A DNA stretch of 64,000 bases. Origin: Bdellovibrionota bacterium. GTDB taxonomy: Bacteria > Bdellovibrionota > FAC87 > UBA2466 > JACKAF01. The notes beneath the pieces are model-generated. The model was not told the origin of the DNA and made no database searches. It saw only the letters and a list, made by a program, of their open reading frames with translations. Shown here one piece after another: positions 37,084-46,351 of the stretch (the stretch's first letter is position 1; each line of letters opens with the position of its first letter). Position numbers and translations under genes: made by a program. Location of the stretch: contig JAWKNY010000023.1 of NCBI GenBank assembly GCA_041391485.1, forward strand, positions 49-64,048. Reading direction: 5' to 3'.

Positions 37084-39792
37084 TCAACTCACGCTCTCCC
37101 GATCGGCAGCAATAGTATCAAAAAGCGCGGGGTTCAGAACCAGTTTTTCCTGGGCAGTCTCCGAGAGCGCTTTTTCGCAGGCTTCGGTGATGGAGTCGGA
37201 GTCCAGATGGTGGTACCGGTAAATATCCCCGGTGGTTCCTGATTTGGAGGTCTTACGAACCGCCAATGCCACATGCTTTACCCCAACGATCGATCCAATA
37301 TTGTCCAAAAGCCCGGGTTCTCCGTCATGCACCGAAACGATGGGAATGCGGTTCCCTCTCAAGCTGAAACACTGGGCCAGATTGTCCACGCGTGAAGTTT
37401 CGGGGGTGAGGTGCAAGTCCCCAGTTACTTTTAATCCGTTGCGCAGGTGATCGTAATGATCTTCGTAGGCTTGGTTGCCGAGTAGAAGGTCCGGGCTTGT
37501 TACGATGAACACGTTTGCAAAGACGCCTTTTTCCAGCAGCTTGTCCGAGGCGTGGATGGCCTCTTCCCCAAGAGCGCCCATCGCAAAAATGTGGATCACG
37601 TTGTCGCCGGGCGTATAGCCAGCATAGCCGCGATAATCAATAAGCGGGTAAGCGCCTTGGAGTGCTTCTTGCCGAACCGTTTCAAGAATTTCGGTTTCTT
37701 CCCAATGCGGGACTTCCGGTTCCATCTCCGCTGTAAGCGGCTCGTGGCCTTCAGGCAGCAGCTTGAATCGGTGTTGTCGGCTCAAGCGGCCCATGAACTC
37801 TTTCTGCACCAGCCCTTTGGTCACGCATCGGATGAGCGCGGCCTCTCGGTTGTCGTTCTCCCGCGTGAAGTGTCTGCGGAGTGTGTCGGCCAGAATCCAT
37901 TCCACTTCTTTCGCAAAACAAGGTTCCCACGTCACCACATGCGGGATTTGGAAATCGGACTTCCAGCTATGTTGAGCGCCTTCCGGTGCGAGCGTAACTC
38001 CGCTCGGCGTACCCAGAGTCGCAAAACACGATCGCCAGTACAGATTGTAGTAGTACTGGTCGTGAGCTCGCTTAATGAAGAAGTCGTAGATCGTCATCGC
38101 CGGGTAAAACGGGATGCCAACAAAATCAAAGAATTTGCCAAAGGAGCCAGCGGCGGACATGCAGTTGCCTTCGGCAATCTCAAAGCGCAAGTGCCCCGAC
38201 TTTTGTGAGATGCGGGGAACTACATCCGGAGCCTTATTGTCTTTGGCGTCGAATCGAAGTTCGAAATCCTCTTGGGCAATGTCTCCGTAGAGCTTCCCAT
38301 TCATGTTCGGGCTGGTGTTGGTGGAGGTGCCCACATCGGGTGCCATGGTCAGGAAAAACTTTGCTACCGGGCCCCAGCCTTGGTCTGTCGACGTCGCGTC
38401 TTCGCCCCGTCCCAACCGATCCAGTTTCGCGGCGACCTGTCCCCACATCCATTGCGTGTGCGCTAAGGGATTGAATTTGATGGCCGTAATATCGAAGTCC
38501 GAAGGCCATTCCAGGGAACGGGCGAATTTCACCCACTTTTGTTGGCGTTCCTTCACTTCGCCAATAATCTTCTGGATGCCATTGACCAAGAAGTTACGGC
38601 GTTCCTTTAGGTAGGCATTCTCTTTGGAAGACTCATCAAAATCCTGGAAGGGGTTTTCAAAATCAAGTCCGAGGCCCTTGGCCATCTCTTTCAGTTCGTC
38701 TTCCTCAGGCAGCGTGGAGTGATTTCCAGACTTTGCTTGGCAGCGCAGCTTATAGCCTTTGATGGTGTAGGCGACGACAAAAGTCGGGCGATCGCTCTTG
38801 CGGGCTTCCTGGAAGGTTTCGACCAGGCTTTCTAAGTCGTGACCGCCCAGATTCAAAAAGACCTTGTGTACTTCCTCGTCGCTACAATCCTTGAAGAAGG
38901 GCTTCATCTTGGCAGATTTTTCTTCGAGTACCTTGCGAGTGAGTTCGGGCTTGTTGGCTTCCAGCAAACCTTGGAACTCAAAATCTGTGAAGCATTCGTT
39001 GAGAACGCGCTTGAATTCGTCCCCACCTTCTCGCTTGAAGAACTCTTTGCGTAACTTTCCGTGCTTCAAAATGACCGAGCGCCAGCCATTGGCTTCAGCG
39101 ATTCGCGCCATTCGATCGGCATCGGAGCCATTGAACGCTTTTTCATTGGAAATGCGGGTTCCGTCTAGGTTCTGTCGGTTGTAATCCACCACCCAGACGA
39201 CGTGGTCGAGTTGCCGCTCACCGGCGTCAGGCATGGCTTCCGCTAGCGAGCCTTCACGGAATTCCGAATCTCCCATCAGGCACCAGAAGAAAGGATCTTC
39301 TTTGAGACCCACATTGTGGTGATGGGCAAAGTCATAGGCCAAAGCTGTGTAAAGCGCGTTTACCGGCGGGATGCCTACCGAACCGCTCGGGAAAAACCGG
39401 TACCCATCCGGATCCGCTTCTGCGTGGTAGGACTGGAAAACAGGTTCGCCGTTGCTTGAAAAGTGGCGCAGGTGGCGCATGGCAAGCTGCCGCTGGTCCT
39501 TCTCAAAAAGTTTTCCCTCTTTGTCTCTGAAATTATGCAGAAGAAAGTTGAGTCCGTGATCCATCGGCGAGACGTGAGGCTTGCAAGCCATGTAGTCTTC
39601 CGGATGGCGGGCAACCAGATGCAGAGCCGCCAGAATGTGCTGAGAGGAGGCGCAGGCAGTGGCGTGTCCCCCCACTTTGGGCTCCCCCTTTCCGTGTCCG
39701 GGACGGTGGTTGGCCAAATGGATCATTTGCAAAGCCAGGTAAAAGGCACGATCGCAAATATTGTTCAGGACTTCGTAATCAAGCTTGCTCAT
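37084..39792 (-). CDS. aceE: thiamine-diphosphate-dependent 2-oxoacid dehydrogenase E1 component, homodimeric AceE-like
   Basis: About 900-aa uninterrupted ORF. The size, N-terminal ..GEPKVGGHATACASSQHILAAL.. and transketolase-like central and C-terminal regions fit AceE-type E1. No E2/E3 genes are adjacent. Start at ATG 39792 (MSKLDYEVL). Confidence 0.6.
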   Translation of the reverse strand: MSKLDYEVLNNICDRAFYLALQMIHLANHRPGHGKGEPKVGGHATACASSQHILAALHLVARHPEDYMACKPHVSPMDHGLNFLLHNFRDKEGKLFEKDQRQLAMRHLRHFSSNGEPVFQSYHAEADPDGYRFFPSGSVGIPPVNALYTALAYDFAHHHNVGLKEDPFFWCLMGDSEFREGSLAEAMPDAGERQLDHVVWVVDYNRQNLDGTRISNEKAFNGSDADRMARIAEANGWRSVILKHGKLRKEFFKREGGDEFKRVLNECFTDFEFQGLLEANKPELTRKVLEEKSAKMKPFFKDCSDEEVHKVFLNLGGHDLESLVETFQEARKSDRPTFVVAYTIKGYKLRCQAKSGNHSTLPEEDELKEMAKGLGLDFENPFQDFDESSKENAYLKERRNFLVNGIQKIIGEVKERQQKWVKFARSLEWPSDFDITAIKFNPLAHTQWMWGQVAAKLDRLGRGEDATSTDQGWGPVAKFFLTMAPDVGTSTNTSPNMNGKLYGDIAQEDFELRFDAKDNKAPDVVPRISQKSGHLRFEIAEGNCMSAAGSFGKFFDFVGIPFYPAMTIYDFFIKRAHDQYYYNLYWRSCFATLGTPSGVTLAPEGAQHSWKSDFQIPHVVTWEPCFAKEVEWILADTLRRHFTRENDNREAALIRCVTKGLVQKEFMGRLSRQHRFKLLPEGHEPLTAEMEPEVPHWEETEILETVRQEALQGAYPLIDYRGYAGYTPGDNVIHIFAMGALGEEAIHASDKLLEKGVFANVFIVTSPDLLLGNQAYEDHYDHLRNGLKVTGDLHLTPETSRVDNLAQCFSLRGNRIPIVSVHDGEPGLLDNIGSIVGVKHVALAVRKTSKSGTTGDIYRYHHLDSDSITEACEKALSETAQEKLVLNPALFDTIAADRESVS

Positions 39793-39904
39793 AAACCGCG
39801 GTAGTCTACTGTCAAAGAAACACCGTCGCAAGCAAGAGTTTAAGCACTTGAAATCAATTGAGAAAGTGGCAAGTCTGCCTTGGGTATGACGAGGTGCGTG
39901 TGCG

Positions 39905-40414
39905 CTAAGTCGACGAGCTCAGTTTGGCGAGTTCCGCCATGACGCGTTTGCGGTTGAAGAGAGTGATTTTTACCCCTTCAAGCGGCTGGTGCACGTCGCG
40001 GGAAAAGTAGCCGGTGGTGAGCAGAAAGCCTTTGGTACTTCCCAGACCTTTGACGAAGTCTTTGAACTCCAAAACGGCGGAAAGAGGGGTGAGCCCCTGA
40101 GGTTCCGCGGCTTCTACGCAACCAAAGACCAAGGTGCCGTAAAGAATGGGGTCCTCGTTTTCAGCGACCAACACCACTTCCTCGGGTGAATTCACGAGAC
40201 GTTCTTTCAGCTTCAGCCCTTTGGATTCGCAAAGGTGTTTCACTAGACGCTCCAGATCCTCCAGAGCGAGTGACGGGCCCGACGGATCGGTCGCTTTGTC
40301 TTCTTCTGGGAGCAGGAAACTTTCTTTAGTCGGGGAGGAGCCTCGGGTAATGAGAACAGCGAGACCCGCTGCAATCACGATAGCGAAAAAAACCAAAAAG
40401 AAGAGATTAAACAT
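39905..40414 (-). CDS. membrane-anchored Mrr_cat (restriction-endonuclease fold)-like protein
   Basis: N-terminal TM (MFNLFFLVFFAIVIAAGLAVLI), then ..LERLVKHLCESKGL....VLVAENED....LVFGCVEA....VLEFKDFV...GSTKGFLLTTGYFSRDV.., which follows the Mrr catalytic-domain layout although the usual D/(E/Q)xK residues are not evident. The start overlaps the upstream gene's stop. Confidence 0.45.
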   Translation of the reverse strand: MFNLFFLVFFAIVIAAGLAVLITRGSSPTKESFLLPEEDKATDPSGPSLALEDLERLVKHLCESKGLKLKERLVNSPEEVVLVAENEDPILYGTLVFGCVEAAEPQGLTPLSAVLEFKDFVKGLGSTKGFLLTTGYFSRDVHQPLEGVKITLFNRKRVMAELAKLSSST

Positions 40415-41225
40415 AGGAGTTGTTGATGAGTTCTCCGACACCGCCCGCACCGGGAACAATGTAGTGTTTTTGATTGAGTCCGCGCTCGTCCTTCCAACGA
40501 GTGCCGGGTACGGTGTCGAGCACGTCTTGTGGGCTTAATCCGCGATCGAGACGGAGTGCGTACACAACGAGTTCAGGGCACTCGCGCGTGATCATCGAAA
40601 GGTATTCGGGGGTGACGATGAGATGGAGCGCGATAAACTTCTTCGCCTTGCCTTTCACTTCGTCCCGGTAGATTTCCATCGCCGTCTTCAGCGTCGAGCC
40701 CGTAGCGCCCATGGGGTCTGGGAAAAAAACGTACGCGCCCTCACTATCGCCACCTATTTTCACGCCGCCCAAATTAGTACCGATCACCTTTTCAGCGGAG
40801 TCGGTCTTTCGGTTGATGCTGATGTGATCCTGGCGGACGCCCTCCGGATCCAGGATGTGATTGAGAGCATCAAAACAAATGTGAGACGGTACCGTGCCGG
40901 CGCGCGCCAAGGCGACGGTCACCACTCTGGAAGTCGGATCTACGATGGAGGCGACAAACTTGCCCTCAGGGTGCATCGACGCCATGCGAGTTTCGAGATT
41001 GCTCTCACACGTTTCAAATTCTGCGTTGACGACGCATTTGACGAGTTCGGAGTAGAGCCGATTGAGAAGCTGATTGACCATTGGCTGCTTGCACGCGGGA
41101 TCCGAGAAACGGGCTAAAAGCGAGAACAGGAAAGGATCCGAGAGAATGTGAATGTTCGGACCGTAAAGGTGTTCTAGTTCGGAAAGCCGGAAATTGGCAT
41201 TCAAATATTGACTATCCCTCAACAT
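40407..41225 (-). CDS. uracil phosphoribosyltransferase-like protein (divergent, N-terminally extended)
   Basis: PRPP-binding loop FPDPMGATGSTL and a C-terminal YIVPGAGGVGELINNSY that parallels the Upp YIVPGLGDAGDR motif but lacks both Asp residues. About 270 aa versus about 210 for canonical Upp. Confidence 0.55.
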   Translation of the reverse strand: MLRDSQYLNANFRLSELEHLYGPNIHILSDPFLFSLLARFSDPACKQPMVNQLLNRLYSELVKCVVNAEFETCESNLETRMASMHPEGKFVASIVDPTSRVVTVALARAGTVPSHICFDALNHILDPEGVRQDHISINRKTDSAEKVIGTNLGGVKIGGDSEGAYVFFPDPMGATGSTLKTAMEIYRDEVKGKAKKFIALHLIVTPEYLSMITRECPELVVYALRLDRGLSPQDVLDTVPGTRWKDERGLNQKHYIVPGAGGVGELINNSYV

Positions 41226-41337
41226 CGTGACCCCACAGAACACCTGGTCGAATAACGAAGTCAAGCCAGCAGTTGACCAGTATACAAACATTCATTAATT
41301 CTGTACTTTTAGGCAAATTTACAAAAAGGGAGGGGTT

Positions 41338-41907
41338 GTGGCCCAGTTGATGCTCGCCATCGACGAGTTTGTCGTGTTCGACTTGGAAACCACTGGTTTG
41401 TCGCCTTGGGGCGGAGACGAGATGATCGAAATTGGTGCGATGCGCATCTATGGAGATGAGTTGGACGAAGTGAACGTTTTTCACTCGCTCGTGAATCCCA
41501 AGCGACTGATCCCTGAAGAAGCCTCTCGCGTGAACGGCATTACCAATGAGATGGTGATTTCGGCTCCTACCGTGGAAGAAGTTTTTCCGAAGTTTCTGGA
41601 ATTTGTGGGAGGGGCTTGGCTCGCTCAAAACGCCAAGTTCGACATGTCGTTTGTCACCAAGTATCTGATGCAATTTAACATGCGCAAAACTTTGGAGGTC
41701 TACGACACCATCGCTTTTTCGCGTCGGGTTTTCCCTTCGGAATCGCGCCACAACCTGGATGTGATCGCCAAGCGCTTAGGGCTGAGCATTGCTCCCGAGG
41801 ACCGTCACCGATCCATTGGAGACGTCCGTTTGACTGCCCAGGCCTTCATGCAGATGAAGAACAAACTCGGCGACAACTACCCATCTCCCGAAAAATGGAC
41901 GGTCTAG
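41338..41907 (+). CDS. DEDDh 3'-5' exonuclease (DNA polymerase III epsilon-like)
   Basis: FVVFDLETTGLSPWGGDEMIEIGA (Exo I), AQNAKFDMSFV (Exo II) and HRSIGDVRLTA (Exo III, H-x4-D). Confidence 0.8.
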   Translation: MAQLMLAIDEFVVFDLETTGLSPWGGDEMIEIGAMRIYGDELDEVNVFHSLVNPKRLIPEEASRVNGITNEMVISAPTVEEVFPKFLEFVGGAWLAQNAKFDMSFVTKYLMQFNMRKTLEVYDTIAFSRRVFPSESRHNLDVIAKRLGLSIAPEDRHRSIGDVRLTAQAFMQMKNKLGDNYPSPEKWTV

Positions 41908-41983
41908 CCAGCGCGCGCCATGTCAGAGCGTCGTGGAAGAGTCTGTGATTGGGTTTGATCCGCACTAGCGGTACCATGAGAGG

Positions 41984-43318
41984 ATGAAACTCAGCGCTTG
42001 GATCCTCGTCGCCATAGCTTCCGCTACCGTTTGGGCTAAAGACCCAGGCAGCCAGCTATTAAAGAATCTCAATCCCCAGTCCTTGAAGACCAAGAAGCCC
42101 AGCTACATTCGTCTTTCGGATACTACGAGATACCTTTTGGGGCGCTCGTGCCTTAAGTACCGCTCGTTGCCACAGTGGCGAAAAATTATTGAAGAGGCCT
42201 ATAGCAAAGGGGCCACCTGTCTAAAGCAACGAGGCTCTAAGCAAAGTTTGGAGATTGCCGCTGGCGTGGAAGGGACGGCGCAACTCATTCAGGGCAAGCC
42301 TTTGAAGTTTTTATGCGAGGAAGAAGGCTACTCCTGGAAGGCCGCTAACCCCAGGGATGAAAGCCTTCAAGCGGATGCGGTGGCAACGGATCCGGACAAC
42401 CCGCACTTTCCCACCATTCACATGAACCCGCGCAAGTTGTCCCGACTTTCGGATGACGAGTTGCAACGCATTCTTTTTCACGAGTCGATCCACCTGTTGG
42501 GTTACGGTCACTTTACCCACATCGAGTACTCTTATAGTTGCGAGCATTGCTGCTTTCACTCAAAAGAAGATTCGGACGAGGCGCAACGCCTGGGTTGTAA
42601 CATCTGCAAAGGGAAGTATTCCGGGATCAAGGATCCTAGATATATCGACGACATCATGCAGTTCTTCCGAAAAGGTCTTCCCGCACACGCCGATATTCGA
42701 CTGGCCGAAGCGCAAAGTTTTATGAAGGGCCACAGACAGGAACGGTGGGCTAAGTTCAACGTCCTTCTCCTCTCTCCTCTTCCGGACCAGGCACCTTTTA
42801 CGATCCCTTACGCGAACCTTTTGGAGAAAAAGTACGCGCCCTTAAGCGAAGCCGAATCCAAGGTGATCAAAAACGTAAAAACCTCTGAGAACAAAGTTTT
42901 CGCTTTCCTGGGTGGGGACAACATCCAACATTTGGCGAACTCCTTTTTCTTTTTCTATGAATCGGATTACAAGCTTGCGGAAAAAGAACTGATGCAAGCG
43001 CAGGTGAGTGACGTGAAGCATGTGCCCGCTACCATTCGAACTCGTTATATAAACCACACGGTCCCGTTTCTGGAGACCATCAAAGAAGAAGTCGCTGGCG
43101 GACTCCTCGCCTACTATTCGGATCTGGAGTTTCAGGCGGTCGTGCAGAACAATCCCGACGCTCAGAAAAGTATTTATCCCCATCGGCAACGAATCATTCG
43201 AGCCTTCTTCCCGGAGTGGAATCCCAACTACTTCCCCCCCTTCAAAAAAGCGGAAGACGGGACCATCATCGTGATGGTCGACGACAAAGAGGCAATCCGC
43301 GTACCGGCAAGCCAATAG
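41984..43318 (+). CDS. secreted putative zinc metalloprotease (HExxH)
   Basis: Signal peptide MKLSAWILVAIASATVWA and a single LFHESIHLLGYGH motif (HExxH...H). No further family recognised. Confidence 0.45.
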   Translation: MKLSAWILVAIASATVWAKDPGSQLLKNLNPQSLKTKKPSYIRLSDTTRYLLGRSCLKYRSLPQWRKIIEEAYSKGATCLKQRGSKQSLEIAAGVEGTAQLIQGKPLKFLCEEEGYSWKAANPRDESLQADAVATDPDNPHFPTIHMNPRKLSRLSDDELQRILFHESIHLLGYGHFTHIEYSYSCEHCCFHSKEDSDEAQRLGCNICKGKYSGIKDPRYIDDIMQFFRKGLPAHADIRLAEAQSFMKGHRQERWAKFNVLLLSPLPDQAPFTIPYANLLEKKYAPLSEAESKVIKNVKTSENKVFAFLGGDNIQHLANSFFFFYESDYKLAEKELMQAQVSDVKHVPATIRTRYINHTVPFLETIKEEVAGGLLAYYSDLEFQAVVQNNPDAQKSIYPHRQRIIRAFFPEWNPNYFPPFKKAEDGTIIVMVDDKEAIRVPASQ

Positions 43319-43374
43319 ACGCGCCTTGTAAAAATACGCTTGCGAAAACTTAAGGGATCGAGTTTCCTGAAAAG

Positions 43375-44559
43375 GTGGTGAAAACTTGGGGGTTTAAGGT
43401 GTCAGGCATATTCCGTTCCGCCTTCTTTGGGCTGTTCCTCTTATCGTTACTCGCGTGCTCCAATACGGACTTGCAGCGTCCCAAAAGGTTCGGCAACTTC
43501 AGCCAGAATCTGGAAACGCTCAACGCCTACCGTGAACTTAAGTTCAACAAGGATTATCTGGCGAAGGGCAAAGCAAAGATTTTCCTCATTGCGGGCAGTG
43601 AGGAGAATGCCAACTTTGCTCAAGAGATCATTGAGCAAAAACTCTATTGGCTGGATCAAGGTTTCAAAGCGGAAGAAATCGTCTGTTTCTACGCCATGCC
43701 TAGCAACTACTCTTACCAAGAGGATCGAGCCCAGTATTCGATATTGAAATCACACCTCGCAGATTGCCAACATGCGAACGCAAAAGACATTTTCGAAGCG
43801 ATACACGAGTCCGGTAAGGCTGGCCACGACTTCCTCTACCTGTACGCCACCTCGCACGGGAATAATCCGTTCACCGAGATTTTAAAGGAAAAGAAACTCA
43901 ACCTTGGCACGCGCTTGTTCCTCGATGGTTTTGTCCAGGACTACCCAGTGCTGGGGGATCAGTACATGCTCACCGTCGACGGTTCTCCCACTGGAAAGAC
44001 GGCATCGTTGCCTGCCTTGGCGTCTGAGTACAAAGCCGGGGCGAAGCCCGAGGACTTGTTTTTCACCCCTCGCTATTTGAAGGCGGCCTTGTCCAGCTGG
44101 CCTGACGATGTGACAAAATATATCGTTTTGCAGGCGTGCCACAGCGGCGGCTTTGTACGTGATCCTCGTCCGGATTTTCAAAAGGATCTTCTTTCCAGTA
44201 TTCCGAATCTGGTCGCGATGACAGCGTCTCGCTACGATCGTAGTTCTTTTGGTTGCGACAGCGGCTCGTACCGAACCTTTTTCGGCGGCGCCTTCAACGA
44301 TACGTTATTGCGAGCGGAAGAAAATCCCGATCAAATCCGTTGGCCGGCTTTTTATCGTTCCATCAAACGCCAGGTTGAGCGTTTGGAAAAAGAAAAGGAA
44401 GTCAAAACCCCGTCACTCCCTGACTTTATCGACACTAGAGAAAGCGGTAGTGAGGTAAAGGAAGAAAGTCCACTGAAGGAGGGGAGCGTAGACGTAGGGC
44501 CAGGCAGTGGAGACGAATTGAATGAAAACGAGGTAGGAGAGCCCACAGATCCCGAGTAA
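43375..44559 (+). CDS. lipoprotein clan-CD cysteine peptidase (C13 legumain / caspase-like)
   Basis: Lipobox LLSLLACS. Catalytic-dyad contexts LYLYATSHGN and IVLQACHSGGF. Acidic low-complexity tail. Confidence 0.6.
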   Translation: MVKTWGFKVSGIFRSAFFGLFLLSLLACSNTDLQRPKRFGNFSQNLETLNAYRELKFNKDYLAKGKAKIFLIAGSEENANFAQEIIEQKLYWLDQGFKAEEIVCFYAMPSNYSYQEDRAQYSILKSHLADCQHANAKDIFEAIHESGKAGHDFLYLYATSHGNNPFTEILKEKKLNLGTRLFLDGFVQDYPVLGDQYMLTVDGSPTGKTASLPALASEYKAGAKPEDLFFTPRYLKAALSSWPDDVTKYIVLQACHSGGFVRDPRPDFQKDLLSSIPNLVAMTASRYDRSSFGCDSGSYRTFFGGAFNDTLLRAEENPDQIRWPAFYRSIKRQVERLEKEKEVKTPSLPDFIDTRESGSEVKEESPLKEGSVDVGPGSGDELNENEVGEPTDPE

Positions 44560-45528
44560 GTGAGGCAACTCGATCCGCTGTTTTTTCCAGATCCAGTAGA
44601 GGGCCAGCGCGCATCCCAGAAGCCTGCAAGGCCATTGCAGCCACATCATGTTCGACATTTTTAGAAATCCTAAAAAGCCTGGCAGGCTCAACATGACAAA
44701 GGCCGGATCTTTTTTTGAAAGAGCCGCGTAATGGATCATAGGCGCAAAAAAGCCCTTAGCGTCCAGTACGAGAAAGGGGAGTACAAAAAGCGCTGCCGCG
44801 CCCAGGATAAGAAGCGTGAGTTGCTTCGCTTTCGCTTTGTTGTGTTTTAACTGGTAGAGGTAGAAGGGAAGCAGCAACGGAGCCGCCGTCTCTCTGGAAA
44901 AAAGAAGGAGCACAAAAGCGATTTCCTGGAGCCGATCTTTGGATCTTAAGGAAGCCCAAACAAATAAACTCAAAAACAACCACACGGGTCCTGTATGTAG
45001 CGTGCTGACTTCGTGGACCGCCTGACGTGAAAACGCGTGTACAGCGAGAAGCAACAAAAACCCTAGCGCCCAGCGAGAGGGCGGCGCGCGTAGCCGTGAA
45101 AAACAGTCAAACAGCAAAACGTAAAAGATCAGGATTGCGATCAGATTCACGTAGCGAACGTCGATGTCTAACAGATAAAGGGGCAAATACGGCATCCACA
45201 GAGTCGGTAGGTAGAAGTGGGACACTTCTCCCCTTCCCTCCAACAGATGAGGACGGTAAGGGTTTTTACCTTCGCTGACGTCTTTTAAACCTGCGATGAG
45301 ATTAGGAAGCATGTCGGACTGAGCGGCGTTGATGGGCGTTCTTTGGATGTGGTAGCCGCGAAGAACGAGGCCGGCGGTTGCAAGGAGCAGCGCGATCCCG
45401 AGCACCTTGCTTTTTTGTTGTGTGCCGAAATCGGGGGATGGGAGTCCACCGAGCAGGCAAGTGAAGGTGGTGTAGGCCGCAAGGATCAGCAAGGCTACCA
45501 GTGGGAAATGGTAAGTCCCTAGGCCCAA
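44413..45528 (-). CDS. polytopic membrane protein, GT-C-type glycosyltransferase-like (DUF2029-like)
   Basis: 371-aa ORF with about 9-10 hydrophobic segments and a conserved-looking periplasmic loop early in the protein. The assignment is generic and the start is uncertain (TTG). Confidence 0.4.
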   Translation of the reverse strand: MGLGTYHFPLVALLILAAYTTFTCLLGGLPSPDFGTQQKSKVLGIALLLATAGLVLRGYHIQRTPINAAQSDMLPNLIAGLKDVSEGKNPYRPHLLEGRGEVSHFYLPTLWMPYLPLYLLDIDVRYVNLIAILIFYVLLFDCFSRLRAPPSRWALGFLLLLAVHAFSRQAVHEVSTLHTGPVWLFLSLFVWASLRSKDRLQEIAFVLLLFSRETAAPLLLPFYLYQLKHNKAKAKQLTLLILGAAALFVLPFLVLDAKGFFAPMIHYAALSKKDPAFVMLSLPGFLGFLKMSNMMWLQWPCRLLGCALALYWIWKKQRIELPHLLGICGLSYLVFIQFVSTAWPYVYAPLLQWTFFLYLTTAFSSVDKVRE

Positions 45529-45654
45529 GCGCGCGCGGGCAACGGGACCAAAGCGCCGCCCAAGCTCTTCTGCGCCAAAGCGATAGTGATGAAACCCCAG
45601 AGTGCTGCCATGCGATCATTTCTATCAATAATAGAGCGTGAACTGAACCAGGGA

Positions 45655-45731
45655 TGGTGAGCGGTACTGGGTTCGAACCAGTGACCTCGAGCTTCGGAGG
45701 CTCGCGCTCTATCCAGCTGAGCTAACCGCCC
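45655..45731 (-). tRNA. tRNA-Arg (anticodon CCG), CCA encoded
   Basis: Reverse complement GGGCGGT-TA-GCTC-AGCTGGATA-GAGC-G-CGAGC-CTCCGAA-GCTCG-AGGTC-ACTGG-TTCGAAC-CCAGT-ACCGCTC-A-CCA, 77 nt. Confidence 0.9.
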
Positions 45732-45785
45732 ATAAGTCGTCTGTCGGAATAAGGAATACGATGAACCACATGGAATCTCAAGCGA

Positions 45786-46187
45786 TTAGAGGCCGCGTTC
45801 CACTTCGAGCTGAGGCCGTCGACGGGGGCGGCGGCGAGGGCCGGTGGGTTCCTCCACCTGAATGGAAGCAGGTGGCGGGAGAACTGCCGGATCGGCCTCT
45901 TCCAGCCGCGTGCGGCAGCTGCGTACGCTGTTCTCAATCTCGGGGGTGTTTCTTGCACGTTCCCGGTTCTTGAACTCGGCGTGGGAGGCCAGCGTGTTTA
46001 CCTCGCAGTTGCAGAAACGTTCGCGGAAGGCGGATCTCACTTCTCGGCCCAGGCATTCGCGCGTGGCGTAGTTGATCTCCGCCGCGCTCCACTGGTGGAT
46101 CGCATCGGCGCAGCCAAACAGGACGAGACAAAATGTAAGGATTGCCACTCGCAAAAAAGACCCTTCGAATTTGAAAAAGAGCCCCAA
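45786..46187 (-). CDS. small lipoprotein-like protein with an Arg/Pro-rich tail, unknown function
   Basis: 133-aa ORF with ..LRVAILTFCLVLFGCADA (lipobox LFGC). Several Cys residues. No family recognised. Confidence 0.4.
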   Translation of the reverse strand: MGLFFKFEGSFLRVAILTFCLVLFGCADAIHQWSAAEINYATRECLGREVRSAFRERFCNCEVNTLASHAEFKNRERARNTPEIENSVRSCRTRLEEADPAVLPPPASIQVEEPTGPRRRPRRRPQLEVERGL

Positions 46188-46351
46188 TCATAAAGAAAAA
46201 GACGCGCCGAATCAAGTAGCAAGAATTGTCACCTTTGGCCGTTTTGAGCGGAGATTTTGGGAAAGGGGGAGCCTAGCTCCCCCTTTTTTGGGCTTGTCTA
46301 CTCTTTTTCGCTTTGTATGGCGAGGTTCGGATTTCCACCGAAGTGGCGACC

